A stretch of 64,000 bases of DNA, taken from the human T2T-CHM13v2.0 reference genome, Homo sapiens. Positions 33,332 to 44,345 of this stretch are shown piece after piece. Numbering within the stretch: the stretch's first letter is position 1; each line of letters starts with the position of its first letter. The position numbers were made by a program, and so were the translations under genes. Below the pieces are notes generated by a model. The model searched no databases, had not been told where the DNA came from, and saw nothing but the letters and a program-made list of their open reading frames with translations. Location: NCBI RefSeq assembly GCF_009914755.1, contig NC_060930.1. One strand, given 5' to 3'.

Positions 33332-34601
33332 TTAACGTCTATCTTCTGTAAATTATAGTGCTTATAAATGGGCATTTATACAGATCAACCTAATGCTTTA
33401 TTAGTAAAGCATTCTATTTATTATTGTCTTATTAGTAAAGCATTCTATTTACTAACTGTCATTTTATTATTAAATACCGTTATGTTTGTTTTTAATGCAT
33501 GAAGTAACAATGTCCTTGTTTCCTCAAATCCAGCATTGAGAGCGCAGTTCCTCTTTGTCATGTCTTTAATGTGTGAAGATACAATGACCTGTGGTACATT
33601 ATGCTAGAAATGATTAACACGCCAACATCCATCCCCTTACTTCTGTTAATACTCCAACTCTCCTTCCAGGTATCACTTCTCATTCATGAAGTATATATGT
33701 TTCAAGGAAAGAGGGTTAACCCTCAGCCTCAAAAGTGTGTCCTGGTTGATCCATGTAAATGTGAGCAACCTAGTATCCCTTACTACCACAGTAGATTCAA
33801 GTTGGTAGCATCAACATAGCCATTAGGACTTTTGTTTTATACTGATAAAAGGTAAAACCTTGGAGGTAATTCAAGATATCCTATGCATTTTTTTTCCTCC
33901 TTACTACCTACTTACAAATAAAACAACAATTTAAATATCAGAGGACATCAGCAAAATGAATGAGTAGCAGTACCTAATACTTATCCAATCCCCAACCCTC
34001 CAAAGAAAAGACCAAAAGAACCAATAAAATCTACATTTCTACAAGAGCATTTGAAGTAAAGCACTGAAGTACAACAAGGGAGTGGTTAATACCTCGTGAA
34101 ATGTGGAGACTCAGGATGGCCTCATACAGAAAGCAGTGAAACACTGAGCCACTGCTGCCCATCTCTGTCAGGATCAGCACAGAATAGGAGGCACTTTACA
34201 CTCTGGAAATAAAGGTAAGCAGGCAGCATCCAGCAGCCCCCATTAATGCTGTGGACATCTTCAGTCTTTGCTGCTTTAAAATACGGCAGTCCTCAAGGAA
34301 CTTGAGCCCAGTTTGGGGAGCTTCTAGGAGCTTGCATGGCTGCATTGGCCAGGAGAAGGAGCCCATGTTGTGCCCCCTCCCCTTTGTGACCCAAGCTGCT
34401 GCTGCACATGCCATCTTGTAACTGAAACCAAATAATCTGTCTACTGCTGAAAGTATTGACAACAACAGATAGATGGATAACTCAATAGCAAAAAACAAAT
34501 AATCCAATTTTAAAACGGGCAAAAGATTTGAATAGATATTTTTCAAATGAAGACAATACAAATGACCAACAGGTGGGTATATGAAAAGTGCTCAACATCA
34601 T

Positions 34602-34889
34602 CAATACGGTTTTGTTGTGTCCCCACCCAAATCTCATCTTGAATTATAGTTCCCATAATCCCCAAGTGTCATGGGAGGGATCCAGTGTGAGGTATTTGAA
34701 TCATGGGGGTGAGTTTTCCCATGCTGTTCTCATGATAGTGAATAAGTCTCACAAGCTCTGATGGTTTTATAAAAGGCAGTTCCCAGCACATGCTGTCTTG
34801 CCTGCCGCCATGTAAGATGGGCCCTTGCTTCTCCTTTTGCCTTCTGCCATGATTGTGAGGCCTCCCCAACATGAGAATGGACTAATGCA
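34602..34889 (+). mobile_element. THE1C/D solo LTR with internal deletion
   Basis: tgtgtccccacccaaatctcatcttgaatt... gaggcctccccaacatg|agaatggactaat lacks about 70 bp of the usual 3' part. Confidence 0.88.
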
Positions 34890-35329
34890 ATCACTAACCA
34901 TCAGAGAAATTCAAATCAAAACTACAATGATATATTATCTCATACCAATTAGAATGACTGCTATCAAAAAGACAAAAAATAACAAATAATGCCATGGATA
35001 TGGAAAAATGGAAACTCTTATACACTGTTGGTGGGAATGTAAATTAATACATCCATAAAGGAAAACAGTATGGAGGTTCCTCAAAAATTTAAAAGTAGAA
35101 TGTCCATATGACCCATCAATCCCACTATTGGGTATACATCAAAAGGAAATGAAGTCAGTCTGTCAAAACCAGGCACAGCAAGAAAAATACCACATAATCT
35201 CACTCATATGTGGAATCTAAAAGAGTAGATCTCAGTAAGTAGAGAGCTTAATAGTGGTTACTAGAGACTGGGGAAAGAAGTAGAGAGGGGGAGATGGGGA
35301 AAGGCCAGTCAGTGAATACAAAGTTATAT

Positions 35330-35408
35330 TTAGGTAGGTGCAAAAGTAATTGCAGTCTTTGTAATCAAAGTCATGGCAAAAACCACAATAACTTTTGCAG
35401 CAACCTAA
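35330..35408. mobile_element. MADE1 (Hsmar1 MITE, ~80-bp palindrome)
   Basis: ttaggtaggtgcaaaagtaattgc ... caataacttttgcagcaacctaa followed by TA. Confidence 0.9.
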
Positions 35409-35999
35409 TAGGAGGAATAAGTTCTGATCTCTACTGCACAGTAGGGTGAGTATGCTTCATAGTATTGTATTGTATATGTCAAAATAGCTAGGAGGGAGAA
35501 TTTTGAATGTTCTAACCATTAAGAAATAATAAATATGAGATGATTAACATATGAGATGAAATATTCTGATTTGATTATTATACAATGTGTACATGTATTA
35601 AAACGTCATGCCAAGCCCCATAAATATATAAAATTATCATGTGTAAATTAAAAACTGAAGAAAAAATTAGATATCCGATATATATATAGAGATATATGTA
35701 GATATATTTGTATATTTATTTGAGAGCAAGTCTGTATAGCTGTAGTAGCTGCCACAAGATATAAAACTCTCTGAAAGCATTTTGGGCTTAGATATATTTG
35801 TATATATGTGTAAATATATATATATATATAGAGAGAGAAAGAGTGTCAAATATCTATAAATGTGTGTGTGTGTATATATATATATATATGGTCAAATATC
35901 TCTACAAATATATCTAAGGCAAGCCTAAAGTACTTTCAGAGAGTTTGGGATATATGATGTACAGAGATCTACACATCATATATCCTAGATATATTTGTA

Positions 36000-37760
36000 T
36001 TACTAATTACATTAGAAGTAAATAAATTAAAATTTTCAACTAAAAGAGTGATATTATCAGACTGAATAACCAGACGAACCAAGTACTTTTTAAAGTGCTT
36101 TAAAAAAGCACTTTAAATGTACAGAAACAGACAGAGTGACAGTAAGAGGAAAGAAGAAATGTAATGTGCACACTAAGCATGAAGAAGATGAGGTGGTTAC
36201 ATGACTTTCAGACCAAGTAGACATCAAGAGAAGTTGCATTACTAGTGATAAAGGGAACAGTTCATAATGATCAAATGACTGATTTATCAAAAAGCCACAA
36301 CAATCATAAATGTTCATGCAACTAAAAATAGTATTTTAAATATATGAAAAAATGAAAGAAGGGTAAAATAGGCCAATCTATAATTGTAAGTGGAGATTTA
36401 AAAACTCTCTGTCAGTAATATCAAGAAAAAGTAATTTATAGACAAAAAATCAGTAAGGGTATATAAATGATAGTAAAAGTCAAACAATGCAGTCAATCAA
36501 CTTGACCTAATTGACATTTATACAACATCATAACCAATTACAGCCGAATATACATATATTTCTTTGTGAAATGGTTACCATGACAGATTATATGTTGGGC
36601 CATAAAATAAGTTTTAATAATTCTCAAATATTATAATCTTACAAAGCATGTTCTCTGACTTCTACAGAATTTAAATAGAAATCAACAACAACAAAAAAGA
36701 TTTCTAGAAAGCTACCAATGCAATACAATGTTAGACCAGACAATTTTAAATAACTCACAGGTAAAAGGAGAAATCACAGGATTATTAATTTCACACTGAA
36801 TAATAAAGAAAAGGCAAGATCAAAGTTTGTGAGATATAGTTATACTAATGCTTAGAGGGAGAGCTGTATGTTTTAATGCTTGTATTAGAAAAAAGGAAAA
36901 GTTTGCACAAATGATAAGTTGGTGCATAAGTACTTGCAGTTTTTGGCATTAAAAGTAATGGCAAAACTCTCTCTGTGTAAATTACTGAGGGAGAGTTTTA
37001 AATTTGCTCTCCTTTATTTAACTTGCTAAATTGTCACATTAGCAAGCTAAATAAAGGAGAGCAAAGTTAACCCAAAACATATAGAAGAAAACAAATAACA
37101 AAGAACAGAAATCAATGAAATAGAAATTAAAGAGAAAAATCAATAAAGCCAAAATTTCTCAATCCAGAATTCTATATGCAGATATATTCTGCTACCCCAA
37201 AATTTAAGGAATGTGTCACCTACAAGACTGCACTAAAAGAAATACTAAAGGAAACCTTTCAAAAGGCTATTAAAATGAATAATCCCAAGAAATAGTGCTT
37301 AGAAAAGGGCTATAAAAATGTACATTACCAATCTCAAGATTAAAAGAGAAAATATCACTTTTGATTTTGCAGTTGTCAGAGAATTACATTATGAATGACA
37401 GATTATCAGAACAACCTTATAAAAATAATTATGACTATCTAAATAAAATGGACTTATCCCTTGAAAAACACTACTGAAACTGACACTATCAGAAATAGAT
37501 CTGAATAGCCCCATATTTTTCAAAACATTTAATTGAAATTAACAAAACATTTCCCAGAAAGACATTCCAAACCCAGTTGTGCAGGTGAATTTCAGCAAAC
37601 ATTTAAGAAAGAAATAAGACCAATATCACCCAAATATTGGCACAAAATAGAGAAGAAAAGAACATTTTCCAGCTCATTTTATAAAGTCAGCATCACACCA
37701 ATATCAAAACCTGACAAAGACATTATAAGAAAAGGAAAGTTACAGGAAAATATTTCTAGT
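36000..37760 (+). mobile_element. Old L1M ORF2 (EN to RT start) relic
   Basis: A-rich L1 sense sequence: ggagattttaa, gacctaattgacatttata, ctgaatagccc, cagctcattttataaagtcagcatcacaccaatatcaaaacctgacaaagac (SSFYKVSITPISKPDKD). Confidence 0.8.
36915..36966. mobile_element. Truncated MADE1 (one TIR plus spacer)
   Basis: taagttggtgcataagtacttgcagtttttggcattaaaagtaatggcaaaa. Confidence 0.75.
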
Positions 37761-38350
37761 TAATATACTTCTATATTCTAAGAAGTTATCTTAGAAAATT
37801 TATCTTGTATACTTAAAGGCTAAAGTCAATCAATATACTTAGGACTATTTCAAGGGACTTAAGACTTTGAATTCTAGATTGTCCTATGAAAGTTCTGGTT
37901 TGGTGCTTGGTGAAAATTAATACTGTGATGAATGAATTTTATAGAAGTTAGTGTTTATTACGATAAGCTCAAAGAAAGACCCTAACAAAAGAAATCAGGC
38001 TGGGAATCTTCCATGAACAAGGCTTTGTTAATAGTCTCAGTTCATTCTGGGAGATACTGTCAGGTAGGTGGCAATGGTGTTTGTCTGTTGAGGGGTGCCA
38101 CGCCAGATGGCATTCACTGCACTCTGGTTACATGGTTCAACTATATCTATATATAAGAAACCAGTTTAACCATGTATGTATGTAACCAGTTGAAACATAC
38201 ATATATATTTATACTCTTACTGAATTTTTGTCTATGTATAATATCTATATAATATATATAAATACATAATGTTTTATATATCTATAAATTTCCTTGAGAG
38301 ATTCTGCTTTTTAAAAATATATATCTTATATTAATATATAAAATAAAAAT

Positions 38351-39490
38351 ATACATTATACATAGTATATAATGTATATTATACATTATACATAGTATAT
38401 AATGTATATTATACATTATACATAGTATATAATGTATATTATACATTATACATAGTATATAATGTATATTATACATAGTATATAATGTATATTATACATA
38501 GTATATAATGTATATTATACATAGTATATAATGTATATTATACATTATACATAGTATATAATGTATATTATACATTATACATAGTATATAATGTATATTA
38601 TACATTATACATAGTATATAATGTATATTATACATTATACATAGTATATAATGTATATTATACATTATACATAGTATATAATGTATATTATATATTATTA
38701 TACATAGTATATAATGTATATTATATATTATTATACATAGTATATAATGTATATTATATATTATTATACATAGTATATAATGTATATTATATATTATACA
38801 TAGTATATAATGTATATTATATATTATACATAGTATATAATGTATATTATATATTATACATAGTATATAATGTATATTATATATTATACATAGTATATAA
38901 TGTATATTATATATTATACATAGTATATAATGTATATTATATATTATACATAGTATATAATGTATATTATATATTATACATAGTATATAATGTATATTAT
39001 ATATTATACATAGTATATAATGTATATTATATATTATACATAGTATATAATGTATATTATATATTATACATAGTATATAATGTATATTATATATTATACA
39101 TAGTATATAATGTATATTATATATTATTATACATAGTATATAATGTATATTATATATTATTATACATAGTATATAATGTATATTATATATTATTATACAT
39201 AGTATATAATGTATATTATATATTATTATACATAGTATATAATGTATATTATATATTATTATACATAGTATATAATGTATATTATATATTATTATACATA
39301 GTATATAATGTATATTATATATTATTATACATAGTATATAATGTATATTATATATTATACATAGTATATAATGTATATTATATATTATACATAGTATATA
39401 ATGTATATTATATATTATACATAGTATATAATGTATATTATATATTATACATAGTATATAATGTATATTATATATTATACATAGTATATA
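38351..39490. repeat. AT-rich minisatellite (VNTR), 37 units plus a partial; 23/30/33-bp variants around the core atacatagtatataatgtatatt
   Basis: Block order read by eye: A(30)x4, B(23)x3, A x5, C(33)x3, D(30)x11, C x7, D x4. Confidence 0.97.
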
Positions 39491-39859
39491 TTGTACATAG
39501 ACAAAAATTCAGTAAGGGTATAAATGATAGTAAAAGTCAATGCAGTCAACCAACTTGATCTAACTGATGTTTATATAACATTATGCCCAATTACAACTGA
39601 ATATACATTTGTTTCTTTGTGGAATGTTTACCATGACAAATTATCTGTTGGGCCATAAAATAAGTCTTAATAATTTTCACATATTATAATCTTGATGACA
39701 TACATATTTTATATATGTGTGTGTATATAGTGCTTTAGTGATACATAGGACTATATATACACATACAGATATATTTAGATATATATATCACTCTATCACT
39801 CTGAAACTAGACTAATTTATATTCTATAGAACCTATCAATACTAGAAGATGTTTATGTA

Positions 39860-40005
39860 TTGTTTGTTTCTGTTTTTCCTCCTATTGCAATGTAAGTTCC
39901 TTAAGGGAGAGATTGTTTTATTTTTTTTAATGCATATTCAGTGCATTGAAAAGTCTTTAGCACATTGAAGATGAAAAATTAATACCACTTGAATGAATGA
40001 ATAAA
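39860..40005 (+). mobile_element. L2 3' end
   Basis: aatgtaagttccttaagggagagattg...ttgaatgaatgaataaa. Confidence 0.6.
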
Positions 40006-40238
40006 CATATAAATGAATGTGAGGTATGTTTTCAAGTGGTAAGAATATAAAACTGGAAGAGAAAATTAGAAGCTTGGCATAGAAATATAATATTTGTATC
40101 TTTTTGCAAGCCTGCACACAAAAATATGTTTTATTAGTTGTCATTGTCCTGAAAATGTAACTAAAGTTTTTATATTTTAAAAAACCTTTGTGAAGGTGGA
40201 AGTACCAGGATTGGTAATATCTTTACTAGAAAACAACT

Positions 40239-40635
40239 TGAATTAGTCTGTTTTCACACTGCTATAAAGAACTGCCCAAGACTGGGTAATTTATAAAGAA
40301 AAATGGTTTCATTGACTCACAGTTCAGCATGGCTGGGGAGGCCTCAAGAAACTTACAATCATGGTGGGAGGGGAAGCAGGCATGTCTTACATGGCGGCAG
40401 GTGAGAGAGCGAGAGAGAGAGACACACAGAGAGGGAAAGAGAGAGGGCGGGAAGTGAAAAGGGAAGAGCCCCTTATAAAACCATGAGATCTCATGAGATA
40501 TCATGAGAACAGGATGGGGGAACCTGCCCCCATGATCCAATCACCTTCCACCAGGTCCTTCCCTTGACACATGGTGATTATGAGGATTACAATTCAAGGT
40601 GAGATTTGGTGGAGACACAGAGCCAAACCATGTTA
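40239..40635 (-). mobile_element. MSTA/THE1D-like MaLR solo LTR
   Basis: ttagtctgttttcacactgctataaagaactgcccaagactgggtaatttataaag ... gacacagagccaaaccat. TSD caact/cacct. Confidence 0.9.
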
Positions 40636-42594
40636 CACCTTAATGTGTGTTAACCTACACAAACAGAAAACTGATCAGCACCTAAAAAGGGTTATGTATG
40701 GTCCCACCCCAAAGGTGGAGAAAATAGCCAAAATAGAAACATGGAAAAATACTCAAGATAAAAGCTTCATAATTTTTCTCAGGGCAAATTGTGGATGAGA
40801 GTATAATTAAATCTAATGTCATTAGGATTTTATTGAAACAACGAAACCCCTTTTCCCTCAGCCCTTAAGACTGCTGTATTATGCAATGACAGTTTCTTAA
40901 AATGAAAAAAGATCAATCCCACAAATTTTTTAAAAAAATCAATTATCCAATGGGAAAGAGACGGATTACCATTGATTGCATCCTGCCTGTGTTAGAGATG
41001 ATGGATGGCTGCAGTCACGGCATTGATCTCTGGGAACAGGCTTATACTGTCTTGCATGGCTTATTATGGGGCCACCCACTCAGAGGATGCATACATACAC
41101 AACAAATTTCACATTTTACATTCTATTAGGGTCTTTTTGGCTATTCTTTTGCTCATACGACTTTGACTGTGTCACAAAAATTAAGCATTGTTACTTGCTT
41201 TTAAAAATCTGTTCAGATAAGATGAATATAAAGAACTTTTGGACAGACAGTGCTGTAACAGAACGCGAGAACAGCCATATAAATGATCTTCTGGTAGCGA
41301 TTGTAGTTTGTTCCAAAGTGAAATGCCTGACACTCATCTTGTAACTCATTCAAATCCTTTATATTTTCAAATAACCAGGGAACATGTGAGATATTACAGG
41401 TTTATTCCAACCTGCACCATTTGGGGATGATAAATATTAGCCGTTTAGTTGCAATTTATACACTGTATGAAATAATGCTTATATAATTTTTTGATCGATG
41501 ACTTGTTAGTTTAGTGGAATATATTGTGACTTCAAGAAGACAATTGTCAATTGACTTTATTTTAATTGTATGTCCTTCCTTGAAAAAAAAGTACTTCAAC
41601 CTTATCTACTGTTCCAGGAATCACAGAACTCAGAACTCATAACAAAAGCCATTATAGGTTCTAAGATGTATCTACAGTTCCATTGACGTGTTTACTGATG
41701 CAGAGGTTTAGTTACACAGCCACCTCTTTTGCTTACTGACCTACTTGCTAATGAGCAAAACAACCAAATGCACATTTAGGGGGTGCTTGTTGGAACTATT
41801 TTAAGCATTGTGATGCCAAGTACACAAGACAAATGTTAACTTTTCTTCATAAGCATAATAGCTGTGGTGCTGTTTACACAGAATAAGGAGGACACAAATT
41901 TGATGAGTACTCACAAATAGGAAATATATATCTTTTTAATAAACTAACCTAAGTCAATTAGGCCATTCAGCTGATATCAAGGTTTCTTTTTTTGTTGTTT
42001 ATTATTATTATTTTTGTTTTTGTTTTGCAAATATTAGTAAACTAACCAGGGTTAAGGAAGGAAAGGAGTACCTTCTAAAGAAAAGAACTCTAATTGCAAA
42101 GTTTACCAAATGTAGTAACATTTCTTCGTAAATATGTATGGAAGAGTCATACAAGCTGTTCTGTAGTTTGAAATAGTCTTTGACCTAGACTATGATCACA
42201 TGAAACTGCCCCTTGAATGAATGGTCTTTCCTTAGACAATAACAACTAAAAATAACTAATAATTGACCTTTTGGCATAGATTAGTATTAACTAGCACATC
42301 TTTTTGATACATTTATTTAATACATTTTGATACTAACATATTTAATGCTCAATTACGTTAAGCTGGATTACTGAATAGACATAATAGTTCCACACTGAAA
42401 ATTTTCATGTGGGGGCACAGTTAAACAACATAGCCATGAGTTACCATCTATCTTGTAAAAAAGTATACAAAAATCAAAGTAAATAGAAACAAACTTCCCC
42501 AAGACTCTCTGACAGTCTTCTTTTTTTCTCTGTGTGACACTGGGAAGACAACCTACTATTCTGTTGAGTCTTAACAAAATTAACCCTAAATTTC

Positions 42595-43482
42595 TGAGAG
42601 GTGAAGCCAGACGGGCTTCTGGGTCGGGTGGAGACTTGGAGAACTTTTCTGTCTACCTAAAGAATTGTAAACACACCAATCAGCGCCCTCTGTGTCTAGC
42701 TAAAGGTTTGTAAACGTACCAATCAGCACTCTGTAAAAATGTACCAATCAGCACTCTGTGTCTAGCTAAAGGTTTGTAAAGGCACCAATCAGCACTCTGT
42801 AAAAATGCACCAATCAGCGCTGTGTCTAGCTAAAGGTTTGTAAACACACCAGTTAGCACTCTGTAAAACCGGACCAATCAGCACTCTGTAAAAATGCACC
42901 AATCAGCGCTGTGTCTAGCTAAAGGTTTGTAAACACACCAGTTAGCACTCTGTAAAAACGGACCAATCAGCACTCTGTAAAATGGACCAATCAGCAGGAT
43001 GTGGGTGGGGCCAAATAAGGGAATAAAAGCTGGCCACCTGAGCCAATAGTAGCAACCTGCTTGGGTCACCTTCTATGCTGTGGAAGCTTTGTTCTTTCTC
43101 TCTTCACAATAAATCTTGCTGCTGCTCACTCTTTGGGTCTGTACTGCCTTTATGAGCTGTAACACTCCCTGCAAAGGTCTGTGGCTTCACTCCTGAAGTG
43201 AGAGAGACCACAAACCCACCAGAAGAAACAAAAAACTCCCGATGTGCCACCTTTAAGCGCTGTAACACTCACTGCGAAGGTCTGCGGCTTCACTCCTGAA
43301 GTCAAGTGAGACCATCAACCCACCAGAAGGAAAAAAACTCCGGACACATCTGAACATTTTGAAGGAACAAACTCCAGACACACCATCTTTAAGAACTGTA
43401 ACACTCACTGCAAGTTTCCGTGGCTTCATTCTTGAAGTTAGCGAGACCAAGAACCCACCGGAAGGAGACAATTCTGGACACA
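42595..43482 (+). mobile_element. LTR12 (ERV9) solo LTR
   Basis: Starts tgagaggtgaagccag, has tandem ccaatcagcactctg/tctagctaaaggtttgtaaa repeats, gggaataaaagc TATA-like box, U5 repeats ggcttcactcctgaagtc, and ends ttctggacaca. TSD tttc/ttac. Confidence 0.95.
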
Positions 43483-44026
43483 TTACCACATGAGAAAGTA
43501 GAATGTAGCATGGGACTGGAGTGTCAGCCATTATTTGGAACTGGGTCTGAAATTAGGTGATAACCAAATGGTGCAAAATAGTGAATCTCCAACTCTGGAT
43601 AGTCAATTTTGAGCCCACTTTGAGTATAGTCTCATGAACCATCCATCTGAGGAAGAGGGCTCATATACAGAAGAGGGTAGTAGGGGTTACAAAGAAAAGA
43701 AAGCATGTGAACACAAATGCATTGCTGGGAAATAGTAAGGCTGGTCCAAGAGACATTGGAGAGGCCAGTTTGTTTGTTTGTTTAAATATTTCTGATGCAA
43801 ATTGTGAGGATATCATAGTAAACAAAGGATCTGATGCATTCAGGGTTCTTGTAAAGATTATTAAAGTACATAAAGCACTCCAGTGGAGGCTGGCCATTCA
43901 TAAATGTTAGATGTTGTTATTAAAATATGAATTTTTACATCATCTGGATTTTTCATGGATAGGCCCATGGAAAGGTCCAGGAAATTGAGGAAATATCCAT
44001 TGAATTATCATATCAGTAAAAGCTGA

Positions 44027-44345
<319 letters not shown>

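Larger units (their letters stand above)
33943..35663 (+). mobile_element. L1MA-type element: 5'UTR-like segment joined to ORF2 C-terminus/3'UTR; contains THE1 and MADE1
   Basis: 5'-end-like ggacatcagcaaaatg. ORF2-end motifs from ~34480 (gggcaaaagatttgaatagat, gctcaacatca..ctaaccatcagagaaat, cactgttggtgggaatgtaaatt). L1MA 3' tail ccccataaatatataaaattat. Confidence 0.7.

Noticed and set aside
38282-38476. ORF with repeated MYNIHYILCI peptide
   Set aside because: It is a translation artefact of the 30-bp minisatellite unit, with no promoter, splice or codon evidence.
38351-39490. CRISPR-like regular repeat array
   Set aside because: The units are head-to-tail with no unique spacers, the context is primate DNA, and there are no cas genes.
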